A stretch of DNA of 64,000 bases from Takakia lepidozioides (lineage: Eukaryota > Plantae > Bryophyta), in contig CM060732.1 in assembly GCA_030704615.1 (NCBI GenBank), positions 80,042,001 through 80,106,000 of the forward strand, read 5' to 3'. Position 1 is the first letter of the stretch; the number at the start of each line of letters is the position of its first letter. The translations under genes and the position numbers were made by a program. Under the pieces are notes generated by a model. That model was not told the origin of the DNA, did not search any database, and worked only from the letters and a program-made list of their open reading frames with translations. This document shows positions 49,154-62,359 of the stretch, one piece after another.

Positions 49154-52100
49154 TTACCGCTGTGAGACGGTAACCTTCACACCATGGGCTAGATACAGAA
49201 TGACCATCATACTGTAGTCCAATGAGTGCCCCACGTCCATCTCAAACTTGAAGAATTGAAGCAGCAACACTGTTGTCATTTTCATTTGCAAATATGCTGA
49301 GTCCTTACCTAAACACATTCGTGGCCCCGCCTGCAGTTGAGACAGTGAATTAGAACATATCCACAAGCTTTTCCCTTAAGAACCACTATCAGGAGGAGAG
49401 AATACTACAGCCCAGTAGTAGTTGGGAGAGCGATAAGGGTAGAGAGTCTAACAATAAGAGAGTACACTGCCATCTATAAGCCTTTGCTTGCAAGGGTCAA
49501 CAAATAGAGCCAAATCTCTTCAATGCAGAGTTGAGGGAGAATATATACATCCTATATATATATAAAATACACATGGACACAAACAAAACAAAACAACAAA
49601 CCAGTAAGCTGAGAATAGCAATATAGACTTGGTAACTGTCTTCCACTAATTCATGGACCAAGAAGAACAACATGTATGGTAGTGACAAGCCAGCATTGCA
49701 AGCCCACCACCTCCATCAGCTCCCAACAGGGGAATAGAGAGAGAAACACAAAGACGGGGGTGCTATTCTGAGAGTGGAAGATTACCTGGAAAGCGGTAAG
49801 TTTGAATGGAGACTGGGGCTGGAAGACACCATCCTTCAACCAACGCTCTGGCTTGAATTCCAGAGCATCAGGCCCCCACAGACTCTCTAGCCTCCCCATG
49901 GAATATGGCACATAGCTCACGAAGTTGCCTGCTTTAATTGGTGTCCCATCTGGCAGGGTGTCATTGTTTACTGCAACTTTAGTTTCCTGTCCAGACCAAA
50001 GTACGAGTTTGCAAGGTTAGTCTCAAATCTCTTCCCAGACAAGATGGCCTGTGATCTCATAGCAATGCCAAAACCAGTGATAGTGTGTGGTTGGATAAAC
50101 TATCAGCCAATGACAGTATTGGAATTTGTACATATACTTAATTCCAGAGTTTGACAGAAGCTGGCTGCTGGGGCACTGGTTTTCAAAATTTGCTTGCAGC
50201 CCACACCTTGTGGAGGCTAATTTTCCAGCCCATCCCATGTTGCACCCATTCTGAAACTCTACAGAACCTTCAAGCTCTGCTCAATGCAAGAAATTAATCT
50301 TAGTAAGGTCATCTCCCCTATCTTTTGAGTAAACACTCCGTAAAATTGTGCAATCTACATTTGCTATACAGATAGTGTCGCCCTTGCATCTGTTGTGGTC
50401 GTTTAACTTTTTCCCTCACAGACACATGGACTCATACATGGTGAAAGTCTACTCGAGAGTGCATACCAATGGAACGGCAGGGTAGAGTCGAAGAGTCTCT
50501 GTCAACGCAGCCTGTAGATAGTGCATCCTGCTAAGACTTTGATAAGTCAGTAGCTGGGAAAACTCCAGTATTCGGTTACCAAATCCCTGGTGATCCTTCA
50601 TGTTGGGCTGATTCCTGGTGCCTCTGTTAGAACAATCATCCAATTCCTGAACCCCTCTTTCAGTTTCTCCGAGAACTTTAGACACTTCCGCCAAAATGTT
50701 TTCGACAACTTTTGGATGTTTACAAAGCTCTGCAAAAAGCCATGACAAGGTGATGGCTGTTGTGTCTCGCCCCGCAATTATGAAGTTGACACAAACATCT
50801 CGTAGCCGCTGATCATTATAGGCATCCTTCACAGCATCCTCTTCCATGCACATAAATCTGGAGAGTATATCTGCCCTTGCCTGCAATCCAGTGAAACAGC
50901 ATTAGCATCCTCCAACTCTTCGATTTCCTCCATCTTAAAATCTGGCCATTTTCTCTAAGAGAAAAGATAAACCAAGTTTCCTGTTACATACCACGGTTCC
51001 ATAGCTCAGGATACACATGCCATGAATGAGCCATTTCATGCAGAAGTGCAAAGTAAGAAGTGCAAGAGCCCTTCTATTACCTCGCCCTGGTCAAGTGCAT
51101 GGGCAGCTTGCATCTCCGCGCGCCTTGTCTCAATGACCTTATATATGAACGAATCCACAACCTGGACACACTGGCGTAACTGGGCTTCAGCCCCTATGTT
51201 CAATTTCCGCTTGACTCTCCAAAACATGTCGATGTAACGCCTGATGATGAGCCTGTTTGCCTCATCAAAAGCTTTGGCAAATGGCACAGATGGCAACAAG
51301 GGAGAGAGACTGCCAATATCGACGCCAAATCCAATTTTGCAAATTGAGTCGAGCGTCAAGCGCATGAATAGATCCTGCAGTTTATTAGCAGTGTATTGGA
51401 TTAAAACTGACGCCCTTCGAAGTTGCGTTTTGAATTTTCTTTCTCATGGCTTGCCCTTTTCATCCCTACTGCCAAAAGTCCAGAAGGGCTGGAAATTCTT
51501 CCAAATATGACTGCAACAAGCTTATTAGGTGAGAGTTGATGAGACCTCAGCAGACCTGGAAACCACAGAATCTTCCAACAAACTGCAGTTCTACCACTAC
51601 ATTTTCTTAGTCCTGGGGGATGCTAGTCGGTTCCAGCTCTTATGCACACAGGCATTCAAAGATTCAGAGTGGGGATAGCCTGTGCAAAACAATAAACAAT
51701 CTTGAACGTTTCGTTACCAATGTTTCTTCACTGCCCGCTGCAGGGTCGATACTATAGTCTATTCTGAGGCAGACAATCCCTTGCTGGGGTCTGTCACTAC
51801 CAGGACCAGAAGTGCTTGGCAGTAAGGCTTTCCACCTTAGAGAGCCTCTTGATATTGACCAGTTGTACTTGGGCTGCTTGTTGGGAGTGCCCCACATTCT
51901 TTCCTGTATCCTTCTTTCTTAACCCATAACCTATTTGAACTTTCCGCGGAAGATATAAACTTCGCATTCTTCACTTTTTATTTTAGACTCAGTTTTGGGA
52001 TGTGTAGATTTTCTTCTGTATCTCAGTAGTTGGATCGTTTCTTTTCCATCTCAACTTGATAACGAGACTACAGAAGCAATTATCACTGAAAGTGTGCAAA

Positions 52101-53030
52101 TACCTGGAGGTCTACTGTTTGCCTCGTTTTAGCAGCAATCGCGAGCACTTGCACGAGCTTCAACCCCTCGGCTCTGAAAGCATGGACACTGTATTCGCGA
52201 AGCTTGGAAGAAGCGAACTCCAATGTGGCCACCTTGCGTTGTTGTCGCCATAGTTCTCCATCAACATTAAAGATACCATGGCCTAGGACGTCCATGAACC
52301 TCTCGCGGATCAAATCCCCCTACAAAGCATGCCACACGAGACTCAACTTACGTGCGTCTTACTATTAATTTACTAGCCCAATGATGGTACAATGGCTACC
52401 AAGGGACTGGAGATCCCAGCTTCACGTTTGGAAGTGTGCCCAGACAAAGCTACACTACCAAAAAAGGCTGCTAGTTCCACCTCAGTGGTCATGTTCACGT
52501 CCCAGAATTGCTCGAGCAGGGACAGAGGGCTGGAGAGACCATGCCGAAGAGAATCTACCGTGAATGTAATTCTAACACTGGTGCTGCGGCTTTCATGCCA
52601 GCAGATGTGAACCTTCCAGTTGATTCAGAATCAAAACGCCAACGCCCCCGGCACGATATTTTATCTGCGATGTGCCTCGCTAAACATGGCCAGGACCATG
52701 AGATCAAAACTGCAGCGAAAGGGAATGCACGAAACGAAAAGGGAGAAGTCCACCCACCTTTGGATAGTTGGCGAAATTCGCTTTGAGGACATGCTCCACA
52801 TTGACAGGGTCTGCTGTAAAGGTGTTGCAGATGGAAATCATAGGTACAGCATACGTGAGCGTCTGACGGAAATAGTGGAGCAGCCAGTCATGAAGCACAT
52901 CAAAATTACAAGCTTGCTCCACAATGCACCCAATCAGCGGCCATGTTTTCGGTCCCCTATGAAGTCGTTGCTTGTGTCGATGTAGAAACACCCACCATGC
53001 TAATGCGAAAGCTAAAAGAGCTACCCACAT
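49154..53030 (-). CDS. CYP704B: Cytochrome P450, CYP704B-like fatty acid omega-hydroxylase (CYP86 clan), about 6 exons
   Basis: GPKTWPLIG, ADPVNVEHVLKANFANYPK, AGRDTT, ETLRLYP, FKPERW, and the heme motif AFQ|AGPRMCLGKDSAYLQMKM split by an intron. Confidence 0.9.
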
Positions 53031-55082
53031 TGCTAACGACGTCTGCCCAGCTGCGTGGGCGGCTGCCCCTAGAATTAGCTAAAGCGAGCACGACAAAGAA
53101 ATCATGGGTAAGCAGGTGGCCCCTGAGGGAGAAGATAAACAGCTAGAGCGGAAGAGTCCCGCCACGGTTTGTAGGATGCTAGCTGCACAAGCGAGCTGGA
53201 TAAGCAAGTGAATAGGAGTCTCCCATTGAGATACACACACACACACACACAGAGCACGCCCCTCAGCCTCTCTAAAGAGGATCCAGCTCTTGGATGTCTG
53301 GAGTCTAGTAAGAAGATTAAATGAGCTGTGTATGTGTACTAGCGCACCAGGGAGAAACGATAAAAGTTTACCACTGTTCAGAGGGAGATAGAGACACTGC
53401 AGAGGAAGGGAAACAATGCAGCTAGGACAGAAAACAAGAGTGATCACGACAGAGGAGTGGAGTGGAAGACAGACAGAGAGCGATCTAGAGGAGCTGGAGC
53501 GGGTACTCCTCCTTCAAGGACTTGCTAACGCTCCCGAATACACCCAAAAGCCAACACAGTGCGGAGAGGGAGAAAGAAGAGGGACGGGGACAGCGCCAAC
53601 CTGTACATCAATTAATGCCATAATAAATGGGTACAGAGATTGCTAATAACAAACTGCTCTATATAATAGGACTGCTGACCTCTCACCTTTGCTCTTGCAT
53701 GACCTTTCCAACTTCAATTTTCCTCTTATGGGAGTGTGTACCAAAGCCTCGATAATTGTGAGCTAGCCTATTGTTTACTGCAGTTCAATTGTCGCTGGGT
53801 TAGGTGGCTGTTTTATTGGGGCTTTCAATATCACATGGCTCGGTTAAGTCTCCTCTGTGAACAACCTCTATATTTCTCTTTGATCAACCAGGCTCCGAGA
53901 ATAGTAGGTTTCATTCATGAACAGTATTTATCTGTCCAAGGGGATTGTCGAAATCCCACAACACTAGCTTGTCTCTAAGTACTAACATAGTGAGCCTGGT
54001 GATATTTTATGACAACCCAGTCGGAATTCAAACGGTACCGCTCACTAACTTCTTAGTACCTAACATCGGTCCATGCATGGGACTCAAAAACTCGGAGTAT
54101 CATAAGGACCAGTCAGGCTGAAGAGAAACCACTCCACCTAACCGAATTTAGTGACACATGCCAGTGCAGTGATCACTCTGCTCTCTCTGGCCCATACCTA
54201 CTACAAGTGAACTTGGAGCCCTGAATGCGGAGGAAGATTAGGGTGGCACCTAGTGTCCAGAACGTCCTGGCTGTCTGTTTTCAACGCACAGATATGACTA
54301 GCCTCGGAGGTGGGTGGAGGCCAGCAGAGCTGTGAAAGTGGATATACCTGCATTGCAAGTCAGTAATACAACATCATTCAGAGCTCAGATAGCCTATTCA
54401 TACTGCTGCTCCCTGCTGCAGGAATGTTTGCATCGGAATAACTTATACATGCACGCTGAGTGGCTGTAAGCACCAAGGAGGGCCCGCAGCGCAGCAGGCA
54501 TTCATGACTTCGTGGGCTGCTGTAGCATGCAACAGCGCCACTCAAGGCTCCCTTTTGCCTTGAACCACCCTGCTGCTCTTTCTACTGCTCTTTCGACCCT
54601 TGCCCAGCCTCATTATGGCCAACACTCCATCAATTCCAAATTCTTGTACGTGTAACTCCACTCTCAATCCCTGCCATAAGCCCTAACTGCCTCTGCCATA
54701 TTATTGTTCTGAAAAAGCACTAATGCTCATCTACTTCTTAGCTATTTCCACATCAACCACACTTCTCAGTAAATGTCCTTCTCTGTAAGTATTTACTTAG
54801 TACCTACACAGTTTTATTATTTCCTTAAAAGGGCAATTTGGTAGCAATTATTTTATTCTCACTGGTGACTTCCGATCCTCTATTGTATAGTATATTGCTG
54901 ACTGCTGTGTACATTATTCACTTCCAGGATGCTGGCTCGTTCACTTTCCAAACGGCCATAACTAGGATAATGCGGTTGCCGAACAAATGAACGAACGTCC
55001 TAACATACCGACACACATTAGGTGACCGGTTGATTTGGTGACCACCCCTTTTCTAATATAGTGGGTGATCTAACATATTGAC

Positions 55083-55429
55083 CAGTGTTGGGAGGTTTCT
55101 TCCTTACAAACCCCCGGAGGTAACCAAGAAGGTTATATAAATATATAACCGGAGTTCTCAAAAAAACAAAGAACCCGCAAAAGCTCATAACCGCCGGTTA
55201 CATAGTTTTGAAATGACCAGCCTGAAAACCGTCAAAGATCCGCCAAAGACCCGTTGGTTATTCGGTGAAAATCGTCAGTTCCTTGAGGTTCTTATACTTA
55301 ACAGGAACCGTTGGTTCTTTCCATAAAAAATATCTGGAAAAACCAGAAGTGGAGGTTCTTTGATTCTAAGACTTTGTAAGAACCGGAACCAGAGGTTAAT
55401 GAAAGAAATCAAATAACCATTGAACACTG
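55083..55429. mobile_element. Older, shorter hAT MITE related to 34152-34991
   Basis: Ends CAGTGTTGGGAGGTT ... AACCATTGAACACTG. Flanks ATATTGAC / ATATACAC (6/8 match, a degenerate TSD). Internal AACCG(G) motifs. Confidence 0.65.
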
Positions 55430-56908
55430 ATATACACTTATGTGGCTTTGAGCCCATGATCACTTGTAAGCTAAGTATACCACATTAGCATAATTGCATT
55501 CTTCGACTAAACGTCATAAACATTAGTGTGCATTATTGATAACTGATTGTATAATTTTAGCAAAGAACACATCAGCAGTCAGTTTGCGTTGACACGGCAT
55601 AACAAAGAGCTAACTAATAATAGTCACTCCAGCAAACAATACTCTCTCTCTCTCTCTCTCGGTGTAAAGCTTAATGTCAGGTGTCTGTGACATGTGTCTT
55701 TCTCTCTACCTTTCTAAACGAAATCTGACAATCTAACAGAACTCTCTTTTCCTTTTTGAAGTAAAGGAACCCAAGTATGAAATCCTCTGTTAGTAGACAG
55801 AAATAGTTTCGAGACTTACGTTTGGAGTTTGGAAGTTCCAAGGCCGCATCGGCAGATGAATGTACGAGTAGTGGGTGAAGAATCTGGATGGGCGAGGATA
55901 GAACTCATCCACGCAATCACCGTGAGGACCGCGACGCGTTGTCATTACGGCCTCCCTGAATCTGTGGAGTCAGAGCGTCTGAGCAGGGAACTTGGCCGTG
56001 ATTTATAGGCCGGGGCTCGCATGGCTGCATGCAAACATTATGGGATAATTAGTTTGCTCAAAATTGTAGGGTTTAGAAGGACAATGGTCCTCGAATCAAT
56101 AAGTATTGGACGATAAAGGGGCAGTAGGTGGTTTTAATGGTTCGCATACATTGTCAACCTGCCATGATGCTGCCTGCCACCGGTTCCGTTTGTTGACGGA
56201 AACCAAAGCTGCATTTTCTGTCACTCACTTACGTTCGTTGGTCTGCCAACGTGTTGTAGTTCTGACGTTCTGACGTTGTGTGGTCATCGGTCGTCGAGTT
56301 GTTTCGTTGGACGTTCCGTTTGTGCAGAGATGGTGGGGGATTTCTTAGGGCCCGTTTCTATGCAGCAATCTCTGCTTGGTGCCTGCCTTGGTGTTGTCTC
56401 TCTACCCGTCTCTCGTGGGGCTCTGTTTCTTGTAAGGCTCACATAAATCTTTTTTGTAAATCATTTTTCTTGACTGGTGTAGGAGATAGTAGGATGTTTC
56501 GTGTCTGTGTGGAAAGGAACCGGTTTGCAATCTGCGAGAGAACAGGGGACGGTCATGAAGATGTCTACTTAGTAGATTTTGGTGATCGGATTTGCAGCCA
56601 GTTAACTGACCACCTCCCGCTTTCTCTCTCCACAAATTTCAAGGCTCGGTAGATGGACCAGACTTTCACGCCTGGAAGCTCATTAAAGTTAAATTAATAC
56701 ACATTTTCTTCCCTTCCTGTCTTAATTCTTGCAATCCTGAGGCCGGGTGCCCAGATTTGTAGAACAGCCTGTGATATAATTGTATCTTTGAAGAAGAATT
56801 TTGATTTTTGCAATGAAAATACTCGCAAGCATGGTGAAAGAGTGTGTGGGATACGCCAAAGGATAAAGAAGCGCGCTGGGCTTGCGGTTGCAGAGGGCGT
56901 ATGGTACG

Positions 56909-59900
56909 ATGAGTGCGACAGTCCCCAAATGGAGCCCTACCTTTGTTCCCATCAATCCCACTCATGATGCTGCCGTCTCTACGCCCAGTTGTGAGTTCCA
57001 TCATGAGTGAAGCATTCTTTCTTTTTCTCTGTCTTTCGTGCCACTTCTCTACCCTTTATGCTCTGTTCAGAAAGATAGCAGAGTTTTTAGGCACAACCCT
57101 TCGCCAAAGCTGGCTACTGCGTACATCCTGTCCCTGTGTATACCTGCGCACCATTGGCTCGGGAAAAATGATCATGTGAAGCTTATGATTGCAGAGTAAG
57201 ACAAGCGCCCTTTTCCAGGGAATGATCCATGATTCTCTCTCTTCTTCTCTTCTCCAAAGTCCAAGCATGGTTTAGAATATACCTTTGTTGCTTTTCCCCT
57301 CCAGCAATGAACCGACCTCTGAATTGAGGGTTTAGGGTTTAAGCCCTAATGAAGTTTATTCTCTGTGTTTTCTCTTCTCCGAAATCCAAGCATGGTTTAT
57401 TATGGCGCCTCAGAAGACATGCTTTTGCTTCCTCAAATTTGAACTGAGCAGAAGGCAACCCTGATCTCTTAACGGTGACATGGGTGGGGATTGTGTGCCT
57501 GGGGCCCAGCTCCAGCACTAATACGAGTAGTGTCATACAACATTCTTGCCCAGTGTTATGTGAAGAGTGCAGCATTTCCTCATTCTCCATCGTCCTGCCT
57601 GAGGTAATAAGAGCAGTATATCAACACCTTGTCATCACGACACATGTTGTAGCATTTGTGCTGTGTAGTGTGCAGGATTCAACGCCTCCCAATCGGGTGA
57701 AATGGGTGGCACCTATCTGGGAGGGAAAATTCATGATAGTACTAGGAGCAGAGTCATAGCTTCCTGGATAACAAGTGGGACATGGTGAATTAGTTTGTGC
57801 CCATATATTGCCAGATAAACTTGAACATGGAAGCTTATGAATCTGTGCTTTTGTGTCCAATGACAATTCCCAAGACCTTAGGCAGCATAGCTGGCTGGTG
57901 GCAGATTAAAGGCAAGGTCGCAGGCTGTCTTGGCTCGATTGCTCTCCTTCAATGCTGATTTCCTATGTCTCCAGGTTTTCTCTCTCTTTCCCTCCCTCTC
58001 ATTTCAGATAGGCTCACACACCATGCAATCCTTGCTAAGAGTCGTCCTTTGATTTCTGCCCTTGGACCTCTTGCAGATGTAACTATCTTTCTTTCTTTCT
58101 TTCTTTCTCTCTATAATCAAACTGACTCTTTGGATGTCAGGCTACAGTAAAGTACTTCAGTCCCTGCAGTTCTTCTATGCGAGGAGTACTTGATGACATT
58201 CACTTCACTGAAAGAGAGTGGTTTATCATGCAGGAACTGGATTTGTTTGAGAGCTTCTACAAGGACCTACTGGACAAGAAAGGCTACAGTAGTGTCTATG
58301 CTCAACGAAGTGGTGGAAAGCATGATGGCTGTGGCATTTTCTTCAGGCGAGCACGGTATGTGTTCTTCATCGTCGTTCCTCATCTTTCTAGCAGGCTACA
58401 TGTCATCTATTGAGACCTTAAGCTAAAGCCTGCCATGATATTTTTTGGTTAGTGCAGGTTCAAATTGGTGGCAGAGAAAGTCATCGATTACAACGATCTT
58501 GTGCCTTGTTCAGCTGAATCAGACCCGGCTGAAGCATTGTCCAAGAGCGAGGTTCCAGCTGGCTCAAGTCCAACTGCTGATGTACAGAGAGGCTTAAATC
58601 CTAGGAAAGCGCGGAGCAATCGCTCTTTGTCTCCAGTAAGGGGTAATGGTTCTTTGAAGGGGAAACTCCATTTCAACCGGTTCCTGTGACTGGGTTGCAT
58701 ATTTACATGTCCCCCTTTCAATAATTTGTTCTACCCCCTTTCCTCCAATCTTCATCCTCCCTCCCTTCACTTGAGCTGTGGCCTGGTAATGCTCTGTTCG
58801 AGAATGTTGTCTGCAGTTTCAAGGGAAAATGTTCTCCTATCATTCATGGGAGTTACTTTTAGGTGCACAGGCTCTGAGGCGAGAGGGGATCCCAACGACC
58901 CTTGTGTGCGGCTAAAGCGAGACTGTGTTGGCATCATGGCTGCCTTCTGCATTTTGGATGCACCCAAAAACATTGTCCTCCTGGGCAACACCCATCTATA
59001 CTGGTGTGTTATCCTTGTTAATGAAGTCCAGTCTATCAAATATGGAGCTGATATCATTCTTGACACGAGGAGGTTGTTAAGAATGCAAAGGAATGTTAAA
59101 TTACAAAATGCAATCAATTAGTACCTACCATATGTAAACAAGTGGGGGTTATGTTTTGTTTCTGTATGGACATACAGGGATCCAGCATGGGCAGATGTGA
59201 AGCTGGCTCAAGCACGGTATCTCCTCTCATGTCTGCTTGAATTCCATCAAAGGCTTTCCAGCAAGTTTGATAATTCTGCCCCTATGGTGATTGTCACTGG
59301 TGACTACAATTCTGTACCGGGAGATCAGGTAATGTGCCATCACTTAGCCTTGAGGGTAGTAACTTGATCTGGACGGAATTATTGGTTCAGCTTCACTCTA
59401 GCATGTAGATACATGTGCAAGACTTAGGCACAAGATGTGGAAGTTACATCCAATCAGCAGGCACCAACTTCAACTAAAAATTCTAGTACTATGGTTGTCT
59501 GATCTCTACACTGGAGTTCATTCACCCTTTGTTGTGCTGACCGCCAGTTGTTCTGGAGCAGGTCTACAGGTATCTCACATCTGGCCTCGAAGAAAATTGC
59601 CCGTCACAGCAATATAATGGATCAGAAGAGCATGAGAATGAGCAATCCTTTGAAGACACGTTTTCAAATTTAGGTGACACCAGAGTCTCCTCTCAAGACA
59701 ATAGCATCGCAGATCCTCCCAGTACAAATGGTAGGGAAGACTGGGCAGAAAGGGCCTCACTTCCATTGGTTAGTCTTTATGCACAAGTACAAGGAGAACC
59801 TCCTTTTACTAATGTGACGCCTGGGTTTACTGGCACACTAGACTACATTTTCTTCCAACCCTCTGCTTGTTTGCAACCCCACAGCTTGCTGGTACTGCCC

Positions 59901-59993
59901 ACTCCTGGTTCCCCTGACATTGAAGGTGGTCTGCCCAATCACAACCATCCAAGTGACCACTTACCTATCGGAGCTGATTTCGCACTCTACTGA
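56909..59993 (+). CDS. CCR4-like endonuclease/exonuclease/phosphatase (deadenylase/2'-PDE family, plant CCR4 homolog 4 type), multi-exon
   Basis: VVSYNILAQCYVKS (~57525), ADFLCLQ|ELD, KHDGCGIFF, NTHLYW|DP, GDYNSVPG, TLDYIF, PSDHLPI. An additional upstream exon near 56330-56430 is possible. Confidence 0.9.
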
Positions 59994-60719
59994 TCCAACT
60001 TCTGCGTCGTCACGGCATTGTCGAATAGACTCTGTAATTCTCTAAGGAGTCTTGGGCTCAAATTGTTGTCCAAGATGGATTGAGTGACTGTCTTGCAATC
60101 GGTCATCATGTTGAAATACTGACCTTCAGGTCCAAATCGTTATGTCACCACTGAGGATAAACCTTTCATTCATTCATTCATTCATTTGCATTCGAAGAAA
60201 GCTGCAGCTTGGAGTTGCTGGGGCTGAGGGTGAGGCTTCAGTATAAGTAGAGTAAAGAAAAATTGGAAGGGAAGGCTAAAGCTTCAACTCCCTCTAAGGA
60301 TGCCACTCTCTCACACCAAAACTTCGTAACAAATGGGCGCTGTTTGCATGACCTCCACACAGTCCTCATACAGACATGAGGTCTGTTTGTTACAACACAA
60401 GGTAGAGATACGGAAGTTTGGTTGATCCTTTCGATGTGGTACTCTTTCTCTTTCTCTGATGCGTACATGAACGCTGCCAATTCTGAGCGCTACAGCGATC
60501 ATGCATTTGAGAGGTGGACAGGGACGTCACTGTTAGAAGTACCGTCGGATCTCTGCAAGATCAGGTTGGATTTCCAAGTACATCGGGAAGGATCCAGTAA
60601 GAGGGAGGGATTCTGCACAACACACTGAGATTTGGAGCTCCTTCGTCTACAGTCAGTAAGTTCCTGTCTGGGTTCGGAAATGCTCTTGCACGTTCATAAG
60701 CTTTTAGGTCTTTTCGGTG

Positions 60720-62359
60720 ATGGCATGCACAGCGATGGCAACAACGACGGCAACAACGACACCAATGGAAAAGGAGCTCTGGTATGGGAACAGGAAGACG
60801 AGCGACGTGGTTCTCTTCTTGGTTCGACCGAAAGGGTCTACCGAAGAGGGAGATCGTGTCCGTCCGCCCCCTGTCAAAAAGCAAAAGAGACTACTGAGAA
60901 GCGAGGTTGTTGAAGACCGATCGTAATGGACATGGAAGAGGTGTTGCTACAGGACATGTATATGGTCGTAACGCAGTTCCATATGGTCGTGACGCAACTG
61001 TTCCAGCTGAAGTGGAACAAGTTGAAGAGCATCGAGATGTAGATTCTTCGGTTGCTAGTGACGGAAGAAACACAGTTGGAGGAGTTGGGGATGCAGGTGA
61101 CGAAGCTGATAATGTTGGTCTTGGGACGGAAAGGCGAGTCATGACATTGCATTTACACTCGAAAGTGTTATGCCGCCACAGCAAGTACTTTGACTCATGC
61201 TTGAGCGAAAGATGGAGGAGCGACTGCAATCAGCCGGTTAAACTTACTCTGAACACACAGATCACAGCATACACAGACTGCATCAAATCCTTTTACTCAC
61301 CATTCTCCTCCGCTCTTTTTCAAATCCGTGATACATACCCTTGAAATTTTTCGAGTAGCTTCGGAGATCATGTATCAAGACTGTGTGGATGCCTGCATGC
61401 GCTACCTGACACTTGTCCCATGGACATCACAGGAGGAGGAGAGGATTCGCACATATTTTTCAGCTCCCCATTTTCAGGTTTTTATATCTGAAAAACTCGC
61501 TTCGCGCATTGCAACGTTGAGACCCAACACAGACACGTCTAAGATGCTGATGGCGAAGCTATTGACAGATTGTCTCCATAAGGGCGTAGATCAAACGTCT
61601 GTAACGAAGGATTATTGCGGCAATGTCGGGAGCCGGGAAATATTCAAGAAAGTTCTAATGGAAAATGTTCATGGTCCTTCATCGTCACTAGGTCTGGCCA
61701 AGCATAGCATGGCAATTGTAAACTGCGAGTGTAAGAAGTTCATTCAATCTGTGAAGGATGGCTTCCGGGAGGGCCATGAGGATGGTCGTGATTGGTTAGG
61801 CGATTTTGATGGACTTCAGTGGATTGTTTGTCTTCTGTTGGATCTTTCTGTGGCCGAAGAGGTCGTGGAGCTGATTGCCCTGGAGGAAACCTGGGCAAGC
61901 ATCGTAAAACAAGCATATTACGACGAATACTGGGACAGACACTCTCAGGAAGTGGACACAGTCATTATCTACTGGGCTGTTAGTTTGTCCACTGTGCTGC
62001 AGAAGATCTTTGAACATATTCGGGATGGAAAATTGCTTCTCGAAACGTCAGTGAAGGCAGCAATGATCAACAACTGGTCGATCATGGTGCTCGTGTCTTC
62101 TTCTGAGGACTGCTCTGAGAGTAGACCTAAACTTGAGAAGACAAATGCGATGTTGAATGACTTGGTAAGTACTTTCCCTCCAGATGAACAAACCCGTTTT
62201 TTTGAGAATTGGTTGACAGCGGTCGATGACCTTCACACCACCCATGGCGAGTTGAGCATCATGGAGAAGTGCATGAATAATTACAGGCCATGGCCTGATC
62301 TAACAGCTGCACAAAATGCTTGGCTAAGCCAAGTGCGACAGTCTCTCTCTGATGTCTAG
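60720..62359 (+). pseudogene. BTB/POZ domain protein, intronless, with two apparent frameshifts
   Basis: YGNRKTSDVVLFL / LHLHSKVLCRHSKYFDSCLSERW / ASEIMYQDCVDACMRYLTLVPWTSQEEERIR lie in three successive ORFs, with frame changes near 60915 and 61320. Confidence 0.75.
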
